Source of the DNA: Bugula neritina | Taxonomy: Eukaryota > Animalia > Bryozoa | Assembly (NCBI GenBank): GCA_964035545.1 | Contig: OZ037766.1 | Coordinates: forward strand, 19,704,767 to 19,768,766 | Length of the DNA stretch: 64,000 bases | Direction: 5' to 3' | Shown: one piece after another, positions 39,115 through 51,400 of the stretch | Position numbering within the stretch: the first letter of the stretch is position 1 | Layout of the letters: each line of letters begins with the position of its first letter | The notes under the pieces: generated by a model | Databases searched by the model: none | What the model saw: the letters and a program-made list of their open reading frames with translations, nothing else | What the model was told of the DNA's origin: nothing | Program-made: the position numbers and the translations under genes

Positions 39115-39256
39115 TCTCAGACACTGTGTAAGGAGAAATGTGATGCAAGTTGGAGTATTTTCACTTACCCATCATTGAATTTGATGTTACTGGACTGGGT
39201 TCAATTAGTCCTAGGAATACAAGTAGCAATACCTCCGTGCATTTCACCATTTTCAT
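23880..39256 (-). CDS. Uncharacterised secreted Cys-containing protein (multi-exon; last exon frame uncertain)
   Basis: Phase-consistent chain: 39256-39169 (MKMVKCTEVLLLVFLGLIEPSPVTSNSMM, donor GTAAGT), 37463-37404 (SLPPPSESLPSSRRPCVLN), 29877-29863 (15-nt microexon LRGE), 29580-29472 (LPFPKMLPVHGRNVSCEATY...), 28624-28393 (VDGVKVFHG...NLCPDCPCGSY...), and 28084-~27980 (APHPVCKNK...EPRWLHVE). The probable last exon starts at 24018, with its stop at 23975 or 23880 depending on phase. Confidence 0.6.
24290..24454 (-). mobile_element. 5'-truncated tRNA-derived SINE with 17-bp target-site duplication
   Basis: CTGAATAAACCACAATA is duplicated at 24273-24289 and 24455-24471. The minus strand starts at a B-box-like GGTTCAAACCC, shares the core GGCCATTGGTGATGTTAGGAAGAGCATC with the copies at 35.6 and 52.0 kb, and ends in poly(T). 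Confidence 0.88.
24685..24757. mobile_element. 73-bp hAT-type MITE
   Basis: TIRs CAGGGTTGAGGT.../...ACCCCAACCCTG. Perfect 8-bp TSD GCACACAC at 24677-24684 and 24758-24765. Interior (ACAATT)n. Confidence 0.88.
26694..26995. mobile_element. piggyBac-like MITE, copy 1
   Basis: TTAA followed by CCCCCTAGTGCACTTTGCTGCAC ... GTGCAGCAGAGTGTGTCTAGGAGG imperfect TIRs. Internal palindrome ATCAAGCACTGCTTGAT. Homologous to 47691-47941. Confidence 0.75.
35639..35871 (+). mobile_element. tRNA-derived SINE, near full-length copy
   Basis: A-box-like TGGTCTAGGG, B-box-like GATTTGAACCCC, shared core GGCCATTGGTGATGTTAGGAAGAGCATC, and 3' motif TTTCTCACAGGATGGTGACTATAAACTTGCTGTGAG followed by a T-rich tail. Confidence 0.82.
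37180..37278. mobile_element. hAT/Charlie-like transposon end fragment
   Basis: Ends in AAAAGGTTGGACACCCCTG (reverse complement CAGGGGTGTCCAACCTTTT, a typical hAT TIR), preceded by repeated GTGGCC subterminal motifs. Confidence 0.6.
39076..39114. repeat. (AGT)n microsatellite
   Basis: Perfect agtagtagt... run; it produces the poly-Ser ORF 39073-39261. Confidence 0.95.
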
Positions 39257-39739
39257 TTTAGCCAAAGAAGTGGAACTGCTTTGCGCAGTTTAGTTGCTGT
39301 TAGGCTTTACAGTATTGAGGTTGACTTCGATGGGCTAGATAAAGAGTATATGCTTATCTAGACTGTGCTGTTTAACTTTCTTACCACTCAACTACGCAAG
39401 CAAGAAATTGCCAATTATAAGTTATTTACAAAATGTTTGAATTGATTTCGCTTAGCCAATTTGCATACTCAAAAATCAATAGTAAGTATTATAATTATGT
39501 CATACCACCAGTAGTAGTAGCTGCTTCAGTATAGCCTTCTAGTTATTTCCTGTTGATTACCCTCACCATGAGCAGTTTTACTTTGTTGAAAATGCTTCAG
39601 ATTGATACTAAGGTAACTGAAACTTGGTTGCTCTGAAGAATGAATACAGTCTGGTGGGAGTGTAGGAATATGAATAACCTGTATAGCAGCATTTACAACT
39701 TGAACTACTGCCTGGCTAATCTGCTACTACAAAACGCAA

Positions 39740-40022
39740 TACAGTGACGTAATACGAAGCTGCTTATGCCTATCAAGTGTTAGTTCAGCTCCTTCACAGG
39801 TTATATAATCCTATACAATCTTCAGCACTAATCTCAAACAGCCCAGCTCCTAATAACTTACAGTAGTAATTTTTAACATCAGCGAGGCAACACGTGGTAT
39901 GACGTAGCATTATGACTGTATGTTGCGTGCTTCAGCCAATGAATATCCAGTTTGTTATCTGGTTCTATAGCAACCAATAACAAAAACTAAACGTTTACGG
40001 TGCCATAAAGTTAGCCAATCAC
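39740..40022 (-). promoter_or_regulatory. Candidate promoter: CRE-like TGACGT x2, E-box, RFX X-box-like motif and three CCAAT boxes
   Basis: TGACGT at ~39745 and ~39900, CACGTG at ~39892, GTTCTATAGCAAC at 39962-39974, and CCAAT at 39936, 39974 and 40015. Locally CpG-richer. Lies 0.5-0.75 kb upstream of the ATG at 39256. Confidence 0.5.
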
Positions 40023-42534
40023 GTTTAACAGTTATGACCGTCGCTATCAATTTCCCGTTATTCAAGTTCCGTATATTATTTTGGTGCACAGACAGCCACC
40101 TCTGCACTACTTGAATAGTGTTAGAACTATTGGTGGCAGTTTAGCCTCTGCTATAGTGTGTTATAGTTCACTAATACTGCAACAAAATATATTTACTTTC
40201 AAAACATATTGGCAAGATTGAGCCTCATATAGAAGCCTAGCCATGCAGTGCCCACAACTTCAGTATAGAGCTATCCACTTGACTACTAGTAACAGTTTAG
40301 TAACTTTATTTCTGTGACTTGGGATAAACCATAGTGGTTTTGCAAATCACAAACAAGAAGGAATACCTCGCTGTTGGACAACTTGTTATTCAGGATTTAG
40401 ACTCTAGCTACCAGGAGTTTTCAACTAAATGCTATATTTTACTTGTTCATAAGATCCTGCTTTAAGCGATAATTGAAGCAAATACTTTGAGAAAATCATC
40501 TGGAGTAAAGTATATAAAAACTGCCTTGATTTTGTGACATATGATACACTGTGTAGCCTACTCACTTTTTTTAAAGTTGCAAATACAGGACAAAATAAAG
40601 ATAATATTACAAAATTATCAGAGTTATAAACCTACTTTTGGATAAAGCATTAAGTAATAAACAATAATGTAACAATAATATGCAGGCCTAGCTGATTGCA
40701 TCTAAAACACATGTTTGCAGTATATTGTAGCACTAATAATTTATACATTAATTGGTAAAATGATGGGTCAAGGGTTCAGTATTATAGTTGACCCATTGTG
40801 AGAATATAGAATACAGAAAGAATGGCTGGTATATAATTTAATTCTTATTCAACTTCTTCAACCCATGGGTTTCCTTTCAACATTCAATCTGCTTGTCTAA
40901 ATATACACTTGAAAAACCTGCAGAAAAATCTTGTGGTGTTCGCCGCACTATTAAATCGATTTATGTCCTATCCTTACAAAAATATGTTTTACGCCAAACA
41001 CACTGAGAAATAATTTTTGGTAGCACAACAGAATTTATGTATAATAGCATCAAAGAACTAACCTGATCGTGGCAGGGTTTAGTGTTGTAATCAGCAACAT
41101 CTTATACTGGCAAAGCGGTTTTTGTCCTGAAGTTGTCATCTCTTCATGTAATGACTCGGAAAGAGCAAACATTTGATCCTCTTGACATAACTTGATGAAC
41201 ATAGTTGTTGTTGATTAAATATAGCATTTCAAGTTTGTGGAACAATTACTGCCTTCATGAAACTTGTGAAGTTTTTCACCAAAGTAAACTAAATTCTAAA
41301 TAAAACTAGGCAAAAATAATGTTATTTTAGCCTAAAATTCATGAGGAAGTTTCAGCAAAAGCATTATTTACCCTTGCCATGAAACGATTCCCTGGTACCC
41401 CCTATAATGTAATAATTTATTATGTTGGTTTTAACTTGGGGTACTGTTTTCTGCTTTCTATTACATTCTAATCTTGAGAAAACACAAATTATTAAATTAT
41501 AACCACTGTATAATACTGGTTATTGCTTGAGATACAACTTAAGATCAAGAAGAGCTGCAGGTATAGACTTCTTAGATCATTGAGATACTTTATAACGTTA
41601 TGTTTGTGAATCTGTATGGTACACAAAAACAATCAAAGGTTCTCTGCATTTAGCTGGGTTGATGATTATTGCTATATTATACACACAGAAAAAAATATTA
41701 GAAGGCTAATGTGCCCTTTGTAACAGGGAATTGTGATATTCTGTTTACACTGTACTCTAATAACAAATAAATGCATGTTGTTTTAGAGTACATCATGTAT
41801 GCTTACACTCAATGATAGAAGCTCAAATATGTCATAAATGACATTATTCCACTCTCAATGCCAACTTTATTCCAGAGTAACCAAAACAACTCTATAACTG
41901 AGTAGAGGCAGCTCTTAGCTCAAAACAAAAACAATATTGTAATATATGAAACTTTACTTAGTTTCTAATTTGGGTCAGAAGCTAAAATAATGTTCACTTA
42001 GTACAGGTGCTAATATATATTAGTATTAGGATTAATGTAGGAGTAACAAGTTTCAGCGTAACACACACATATACAGCAAAAACAATTTTTTGCAAATTAA
42101 ATCAGGCAAAAAATTGAAAAGCTTGAGGTTTAGTTTTGGTAAACAATTATTTTTATTTTATTACATTTGGTGTTTGTCTCTTTTGACAGCCTATACTGCT
42201 GCACAGTTTGTCATTTATTTTCAATGAATTTCATTACGTGCAGATACACCTTAAATAAAAAGTATCAGCTCAATAACCTAAATTATCTCATGGCTCTTTC
42301 TGCTTTTGTGATGGAGTCTTTCAAATTGATATGATATAACTTATATTCGCTGCGCAATATTTGAACAATATTACTGTAAACTTGACAGAAAACAACTAGA
42401 TTTTTGAATTATGTACAGTAGATGTGGGTTTTTTGTTGGTTATCCTTAGAAGATGACAGCTAGTATAACCTATATTATATGTTCTTATATTCTCAAAATG
42501 TAGGACCACATTGAACAGAATTTCATTTTACACA

Positions 42535-42711
42535 TATGTTTGTATGCGTGTATGAGTGTAAATGTATGTGGGTATGTATGTATATAATGTTTACATGTGT
42601 GTACGTGTTTAATATGTATGTGCCTATGTGTGTGGATGTGTGTATATGTGCGAATGCATATCATATGTATGTGTATAATATGTAGGATATATATATATAT
42701 ATGTGTGTGTG
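42535..42711. repeat. Degenerate (TG)/(TATG)/(TA) microsatellite
   Basis: Visible tgtatgtgtg and tatata runs. Confidence 0.8.
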
Positions 42712-43841
42712 GGAAAAAATCCGAAACAATTTATGATATCTATCTAGCCTTGCCAAATTACCAAATTATGGTAACCACAGATTTTTACTAAGATTTTCTT
42801 ATTTATTTATTTTCTTACTATATAAATATGTTGGCTTATTTGAGAAAGTTGTACACATAAATAACTGTTGGCATATGTCATTCCCAGAATTCAGAAATAT
42901 TTATTTGCATAATTATCAAAACCGATATATAGTTAGAATGGAGCCAAACTGAGTCACAGGTGGAGATAATGACAATATTCATCCGCTAACAATACCACAT
43001 ATTTATCAGGAAAAATCACACTTTTGTTGCTTACCTTTTATCTGAAAATCTAATCAAAGGGCTTAAACAATTCTTTTTAATATTTGAATCTAAAGATCTA
43101 GTGCAGCTTACCAAAAGCCTGGAGAATTCCCTAATATAGTTAATAAACAGGCTGATAAGAAAGAATGCTCTGTGACTCATTACAGGACAGGAGCTTCATA
43201 TTTCCTAGCAGTCATTATTAAATTCACACTATTTTTATAATTGGTAATAATTATTACTTGCAGAAGTTGTTGAATTTGCAAACTAATTATAATATCTAAA
43301 CAATTATTTATTACACAACACAAGAAAGGCAACTTTATATCATGCATGTGCATTTTACTTACAGTACATATTATATAAAAATATATTTATAAGATAGATC
43401 TGTTTTATATCTTACCTTGTGATTAGTTGTTTGAGGAAAATATAATTAATTGTATTACAGATTAGGTTTGCTTAAATCTTTAGAGGCATGAGACTACAAT
43501 GGTTATGCTATACTAGAATATTATTTTACATAATGTGTTAAGTTGGCAACATGCACACAGTATGTCAAGTGTTGGTATTTTAAACATGGTAGAAAATGTA
43601 TTGAATATGTTATTTGAAAATTAAAATTAAAAACCTTCATAACATGAATAAAACATTATGGCTATCTGATGCATTAAATTTGTTTTTATATAAACCTGTA
43701 TAATAGTTTGACCAATAATAAATACTAAAGAGAAAAATAAAAAACTTGATTAAAAAATTTAATTAATGAAACAAAAAAGGGTTGCAGTTTATCTTATTAA
43801 TCATATGCAACGCAGGACTTTTAATCGCCTGTGCAAGAGTT

Positions 43842-43872
43842 TCACAAATTCACAAATTCACAAATTCACAAA
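43842..43872. repeat. (CACAAATT)x~4 tandem repeat in the putative 3' UTR of the LRR gene
   Basis: cacaaattcacaaattcacaaattcacaaat. Confidence 0.85.
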
Positions 43873-43997
43873 TATTGTTATAAAATGAATATATTATTTA
43901 GCTTGAATATGGTTAGATAATTATGTTTCAAGAATAGATGGAAATAATTACAGCAATTACTTGAAGTCATCACTTGTAGCCAATATTACTAACTCCT

Positions 43998-46926
43998 TTA
44001 ACTAGATGATCTCATTACTTCATACTCTGCATTTGTCTCCTCATGGTTGCCTAGAGTCATGTATGTAGGTTGATTATCTGAAGAGTTGTCTTCTCTTACT
44101 TTCAGTGACTCATAATGTTCACCATCATTGTGTGCTTTCTGAATGTCTATGTAAGCTTCATCAATTGAAACCTTTAAAGGAAACAACAACTTTGGTCAAT
44201 TTTTTTTTCTATTAATATGACATAATAATACTTTTTGCTTTTTTTGTAACTTGGGTACCTAAGAAAAAAAGTTCTATCCACAGTCTCTATCAGAACAAAC
44301 TACATGAGTCAGAAAACTAGTAATTGATGAAATAAACAATAGCTTGTAACAAACAATAATTTTCACTCTCTTTCCTACAAGCATGGCACTCTCCTACTTC
44401 AATAATTTTGCTTTCAGCGGTTTACTAACATTTGCTATATGTTTACTATAACTTTGGGCTACTATATTTCCGTATACATCTGCCCAAAATCGTCCTATTT
44501 GCTTGAATTATCAATTATCTTTACTTGTTGAAACAATTTTTTTTGTACATGCATTATTCTTCTTATAACAACTTCATATGCAGTAGTCAATTTAAAACAT
44601 ATAATTCATATATACTCTGTACTTATAAGTTTAAATTTAAACAAAATATAAGCAAAAAAAATTTTGCTAAAAGACATGACATTATTGATTTGCTCTCACC
44701 TGTTCTTTCTTAGCTTGTTTTCTGAGTTCCTCGTTGATAGGTTGCAAATAGCCATCTGTATTTTCTCTGCTATTGCTATAGTCTGCAACGTCTGCTCTCG
44801 CTAGAAATTCTGGTTTAAGATAGCCATTTGGATCTTGATAAACAATAGAGGTATTTCTTGATGAACCAGGTGGGAGGGGCAACGAGCGGCCCTCCATGGA
44901 CTTTGGTCTGTAAAGGTCATTATACTCATAAATACTTATTATACTTATTCACTGTTTGTATTTGTATTTAAAGCTAATAAAACAAAGTAATTCCTACTAA
45001 GTTGTGTTTATACCTTCACGATTAAATCACATGGTCACGCACAACTATAATGTTTTCTTTTATCTTGTAAACTCTATTTTATCAAATCATGGAAAAGAAT
45101 ACATGACAGGTAATTGTCATATAAAACAATCAACAACTAATGTTTTATCAATACACTTTCTATAATACAAAAATAAGGCTAAACATTTATTTTCCCTACA
45201 TTTTTTATTTATGTAATAATGAGATAATTTGGTGGTGCAGTTATAAAAACATATTTTTATACTTGTCACTTCACCTTTGATCAGGTACAGAGTAATAATG
45301 GCCGCCAGTGTAATATTCATCTTCCTTTATTGATGGTCTCATATTAGGAGTTGTCACCTCATTTTTAATGTTCCTCCTTTTTATACAACAGACCACTACT
45401 ATGACAACTAAGACTGCGATGATCACCCCTGCACTGACCTACCAAAGAAGTTATAAGTTTGATATTGATATTTAGTGTAAGACCTGCAATGTATTGAATG
45501 AACATTGGATGAATCATTATAGAAAGAATGATTTTTATCAGACTAACCGCGACTGCTATAATGATGGTAGTTTGAGAAGAAGGAGAGGGAGGGTCAGCAG
45601 AAGTTGTCTGCACATTTGGTGGTCTTCCTTGTGTCGGTGGAGGTGCAGCTTTTGTTGGTTCAGTAGACTGTGATGACTCGAAGCTGAGTGTGTAATCCAT
45701 GGTAGAGCTGCTAGGCCATGTTGTCTCCGTTGTGCAGACTATAAAATGAAATAAAATAAAATACAGTAAAGTGAAATAAGTTAAAAGGTTTATTGTATTG
45801 TATTTTGATAGGTGATTTGTTATCATTAAATCAGGTTTACAAAATTCATTTGAACTATGAAGTTACTGCAAGTAGTAACTTTTATGTAAGAATATTAGTA
45901 ATATATGTAGGTTGTGCAGGAAATTTCATAAAGTGAAGCTACTAACTACTTGGATTGTAGAAGGCTTCACAATTGTCTAGGACTTTTGTATCATAATCTA
46001 TGGTTACGTTAGGGTTGTCTTGAATCCAATCTTTTAACCACGATATATCACAGTCGCAACTTGGGTCATTATTTCTCCACTCTAATATTGTGAGAGATGG
46101 CAAATTGTTTAACACTCGAGCATCTAAGGTAGCTATCTCATTGTCATTAATGTGAAGTATTGATAGGGAGGTGAGGTATCTAGCAAAAAGAAATAATTTA
46201 ATTTTAACAAACGAAAATACGCAACATCACTGCATGATAAAAGTTAACATAGTTGACATGTATGACTAACACGGGCTGTACTTTATTATGTAGATTAAAT
46301 GTTAAAAATGCAAAACAATAGCATATAATATTTACTTGACATCTTTTCGTTTAATAGACGTGATGGAATTCCGGCTTAAGTACAATCGTTCCAGATTTAG
46401 CAGGGAGCTTGACCTTAAAAACTCTAGATTTCCAATTCCACAACCAACAGCCTCTAGGTTTTTGAGATTTGTCTTCCCATCAAAAGTTTCATTTGCTATA
46501 CATGTCGGCGCACTTAAATCATTAAACGAAACATCTAGTTTCTATAAAAAAAACAGGATTGGCCAAGGTGAATATGTTGACCAATTTACAATGTACTTAG
46601 TTAATAAAACTGCAAAATATGCTAATTGGTAATCAATAGCTGTGTAACTGAGTTTAATAAGAATTAAAAATTAGAGATACTATCAATTAGAATTTAGAAG
46701 CTGCTGCTATAGATGACAACAGCAGATTTGTTGTGTTTGTACTAATGCAATAATTAAGACTATAGCCCTTCCGCATATTCCGAGTGCTGCATGCAACGAT
46801 AAATTAATGTAACGCAATTATGGCTCATAGCACTTGTTACTTGCACTGGCCAACAAAATTACATCCAAAATAATATAGTATTATAAACTAGTAGTTTATA
46901 AATGAAACGCTTTAAAGGTAAACTAC

Positions 46927-47008
<82 letters not shown>

Positions 47009-49153
47009 ACCTGAAGTCCTGACAGATGATCAATGTTGGCAACATCTATTAAAAAATCAAGGTCTGTAATACTGGTCTCCGTTATTCGCAATATTTGTAG
47101 ATTTTCCAAGAATTGGAAATGTGCAGCCGTAACACCAGAACTACTGAGACCAAAGTTATTGGAAATATCCAAAACTCTAAGAGATTGTAGAGACTTTTGC
47201 TGTAGAAATTTTGTGGAAAAGATGTCATTTGTGCTCAAATACAGTTCGGTGACTGTCACATCACTGCAAGGTAGAAGAATATTAGTTGTTATACGAGCAA
47301 ATGAGAAAATATGCGAGCAGATTATTCAGCAATAGACAGCTCTTATATTTAATGCTACTAAGTACATGTAGTTGATTCTCAACTTTCAATTTAAATTTGA
47401 AGTACACCTGCATGCATTGTTTCAACAGGTAACAAAAATATATAATGCAATAACTAGCAGTACTAAACTACAATGCCAAAATTTCAAAACTACTTGTATG
47501 ACAATATATTAATATTCTAAAGCATTTAAGTACAATAGTATATATGCAATAGTAAACAAGTTTGATTAAATAAGTAATTAAATTGCTATTACTATGGGTC
47601 TCTAGTGGTGAGCATAAAATGATGTGATGGAAATAGAAAATAAATTTGTAGCCTACATAAAATATGTCGTCTGCAGTCACATCTCACTAATCCCCTAGGC
47701 ACACTTTGCCACACCATAGACCGTAACGTAGAATATCAGCTATTTTTACAAATGTCCGAGCTTCCTGAACAACTTTTCGGTACGTTAAGATCAAGCACTG
47801 CTTGATTCAAACAAGTTGCGGCAGGTTCTTATTGTACAGAAAGATGTTCGAATCAATCATACCCAATAGCACACTTTGCAAACTTCAGCTCGACACATTA
47901 AAAATGGTTTACATACAGTGTGGCAAAGTGTGTTTAGGAGGTAAATCTTCACCTATTCTTTGCACTCAAATTGCATTTGCATGATGAAACAGACAATAAT
48001 GGATTACTAAATACTTATATAGGAAAATTGGTGATGTGTGTAAAATGGGATCACATTTCATACTATTGACATGAAGCTAAGCTAGGACATCTTTATTTAC
48101 TGCTTAATGCTAAAGCTAATAAAAACCCACTGGGTATCTGCAGTACAGTAGTCACTAGGTGAAGATATTTTGACTATAGTAATAGCGTTTATGAGATATT
48201 GAATGCTATAAACAAATCTTTTCACTGTCATACATATAGGGAATAGGATCTGTTATTCAACTGTAGCTATATTGAGTAGCCTAGACCTACGAACTATGAA
48301 TAAAGCAAACCAACAAACCTGAATGCAAGTAAAGGTATAGTGGAGATGTTGTTATGTGTCAGTGATAACTTAAATATCTTGGTGCCATTCGCAATATTAG
48401 GAAAACTGTTTACTCTACTATCACAATTAATAGTCCATCCTTTCTGAAGATCATTTTCATAAACGCACAAAGCACACGCCTGCAACATATTCTATAGATA
48501 AACGTAACAAAAACTTCCTCTTCATTTCTATAGAGTATAGATAATACATTTATTCATGCACACTAAGATTTAATGAAAAGGGAGGCAACAAACGTTGAGC
48601 ATGGGTATTACCTAAAACAATTCCGGCAAACATTGTGACAGCTACTAGAAAGTAGCATATATTCCCCACAAAGAGTTATGTACCAAACTATCAATAAAGG
48701 TAAACTATCTCACATTGCCTGGAACACAAATAAAACTTTTACATTTGGGCAAAGTCAGTCACATGACTAGTTTAACAGTTGAAGTGTATTTTATCTTCCC
48801 AAATTCAACTAAAAAAATTGTTTTTGATTATTTCCTTTTAGGCATTCTATTTAGAAGGCCTTCTTGCAGGTGCATGCATATAACATTCTCAGTTTAAATG
48901 TCCCCAAAGTCTAAAACAGCATAAAATGAATTTATTTTGTATAATTATTTGATTGCCTTGAAAAATAAACAGAAACTATGGTATCAATAATGCTAACTTT
49001 TAGATAGGTGATTTAATATGCCAAAGACTACTACTGTACCTCAGTTGAAGTAAATGGACATGCAAAAGAAAGTTTGAAACTTGTCAAGATCACAAGTGCC
49101 AATGACAGTATCTTTGTAGATAGCTCAGTCTTTGGGTAGCAAATATAAACCAT
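43998..49153 (-). CDS. Leucine-rich repeat type-I transmembrane receptor (LRRNT, ~9 LRR, LRRCT, S/T/P stalk, TM, tyrosine-rich tail; no TIR domain)
   Basis: Nine phase-consistent exons: 49153-49040 (signal KILSLALVILTSFKLSFA-CP), 48491-48319, 47263-47011, 46541-46336, 46179-~45947 (WRNNDPSCDCDISWLKDW LRRCT), 45738-45548 (mucin-like stalk), 45438-45275 (TM VSAGVIIAVLVVIVVVCC-IKRR), 44907-44700, and 44171-43998. LRR strands include LRVLDISNN, LQKLDVSFN, LERLYLSRN and LSILHINDN. Confidence 0.9.
46929..47005. repeat. (TA)n microsatellite next to the LRR exon 3 donor
   Basis: Long perfect tatata run starting about 5 nt inside the intron. Confidence 0.97.
47691..47941. mobile_element. piggyBac-like MITE, copy 2 (internally deleted), in LRR intron 2
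   Basis: CCCCTAGGCACACTTTGCCACAC ... GTGTGGCAAAGTGTGTTTAGGAGG. Shares CCGTAACGTA, ATCAAGCACTGCTTGAT and GACACATTAAAAATGG with copy 1. Confidence 0.75.
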
Positions 49154-49730
49154 CTTCGAGCACAAAATTTGCAGATTCAATTGGCTGAATAATAATAATA
49201 AGCATAAAATACTGTTATTACTAGTAGTGACAGTGGGAGATAGTTAAACAAGATTGCTCTAACAATTATTTGATATTGTCTGCTAGAGAACAATACCAAT
49301 CATTTGTGTAACTTGTTATTAGATTACAATTGGCCACCTGAGTCTTATAAATGACAATGCATCAACCTGTAAACCTGTAAAAACAGGGAAAACTGAAACG
49401 GTAAAATGTTCCTATTAGCCTGGCCAGTAGAACGTTGTGCTATCCAGGCCATATACAAGGTAAACCCAAAATTGGTTACTATAGGAAATCTTATATTTAA
49501 AAATTATCTGTACTTTGGCAGAAACCTCCAGTGCTAATTGTCTAACACAATTAGCAGTTTAATAAGCATGTGCTATGTGTTGTCAAGTACTATGAGTGTC
49601 GCAGCTTATAATGCTCAACTCTTAAATTTGACAAACTGTAAACATGCTTACAGTATCTCACAGAAATCTTTAAAAGTGTTGAAAGAGCATGCTACGTGTA
49701 ACAGGAATATATTTTATAGAAATATATAAG

Positions 49731-49790
49731 CTGTGCCCCATCTGAATAAGTCCTTAGCCGAATTTAACGAAACACTCCTTCTATCAGGCA
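49731..49790 (+). mobile_element. SINE internal fragment
   Basis: CTGTGCCCCATCTGAATAAGTCCTTAGCC matches the SINE body at ~35760 and ~52130. Confidence 0.6.
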
Positions 49791-51304
49791 GCGAAACTGG
49801 ATACAAGTGCAACAAAAAAGTATATAATATAGACTTGAAGAGAAACTATCTTGCATACTGATACATCATATAGCAACCTAGATTTTGCTTACTTTGTGAG
49901 TAGTAGCACAATTAAATTAGCAGTTATAAAACCAAACAAGGCAGAAATAATATCTTCCCTATATCATAATTGCTTGACACAAAGTGAGATATATATATTA
50001 CCACTAGTGAAGTATATAAGATAAATATTTGGTGTAAAAGTATTTTTAAATTTAAGTTTTAGCCAACTTATCCATTCATTTGTAAATGTTGCACCTGGTA
50101 AAATATAGTATACTGATCAAACCAGTTTATAAATAATATATAGCTATAACTTTAATGCAATTATAATGTTACCTGCAATTACCTTGAGGACTCTTTCGCA
50201 ATCTTACTAGCTAGTGCTAAGTCAATGACACAGCATTTATTAGAGCTATGAACTGTGAGAACACGCCCCAGTTAAATAGAAAGGCTTTGAATCATGACTA
50301 GTGATATTGATTTCATATCCATTGTGAATGATCACTCTATGTTATATCACAATAATGAATTGTCAATACTTTACACTAATGCCTATTCATTATTTACTCA
50401 ACAAGCAAAGCATTATTCCAGTTATAGGTATTAAATTGTATTACTCATATATCAACATACTTGCCTATTAACTAGTTCCATGCTCTCAGATTGCAATTAT
50501 GTCACCTCAGGTTGCAAGTATGCTGTATGAATAAGCAACAGTGACAGCTGCTGTATTTCATTTCTTTGTATTTATGTCTCTTAATTTGGTAAGCTATAAA
50601 GGCTGACAATGCTGATTTCCAAAGCCAGAAATTTTTCTTAGGACTTAGGACTAAAATATAATAGCATAATGACCACTGACACACTGTAAAAAATTGATCG
50701 CAATATTATTTTAAGATATTTACACATGCACAACCTTTTAAAGAAATCATAACCAATTAAAATGGCAATTTAAACAAATTATTTGATGATGGATTATGGA
50801 TTACATTGCTAGAACTTAAAAACTTAGTATTACACAACATGAAGCTCTAGTTTTATTAGACACATTATTACAAATTATGTACAAAACAATAAATCTAATA
50901 GTCATATTACAAACTGTAATCCAGAGTTTCTTGGGGGAAAATGAAAGGCTGTTTGACACTTGAATTACCTTAAAATAAACACATTTGGCTTTGTTATTGA
51001 CAAATATGCATGAAATGATGTATTAAGTTTATTCAGTTTTTATCGAAACGCTGCTTAAAAAAAAGAAAAAGACTATAATGCTTCATTGACCATTAATAGA
51101 CATTTGCAAATCAAAACACAGGAAATATTTAACATTTGAATAAATGGAAGGTACCTAATAATAATTTGAAGCCTAGGTTGGAATTACAGAAATTTAAGGG
51201 AGGGGGAGCTAGCTGAACACTATGGATTATGAGAGCCTAGACAAAGCTACATAATATGTCATCTTATTTATTCACCATAGGTAGCACAAAGATTTCCAGA
51301 TATG

Positions 51305-51400
51305 TAATGTGTGACTGTGCGACTGTGTGAGTGTGTGACTGCGTCAGTGTGTGAGTGTGTGAGTGTGTGAGTGTGTGAGTGCATGTGTGCGTGTGTGTGA
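51305..51400. repeat. (GTGTGA)/(GT) compound microsatellite
   Basis: gtgtgagtgtgtgagtgtgt... run. Confidence 0.85.

Noticed and set aside
23880-39256. Calling the gene upstream of the ADMP-like ligand Pinhead
   Set aside because: No repeated cystine-knot DVGxC motifs; only the position is suggestive.
39073-39261. Poly-Ser ORF
   Set aside because: Produced by the (AGT)n repeat and antisense to the signal-peptide exon 39256-39169.
43998-45438. Calling the LRR gene a Toll-like receptor
   Set aside because: No TIR box motifs; the tail is low-complexity and ends at the stop at 43998.
48612-48665. Hydrophobic segment with a GTAATA donor as LRR first exon
   Set aside because: Its phase does not fit exon 48491; the 49153-49040 exon fits and supplies the signal peptide and LRRNT Cys.
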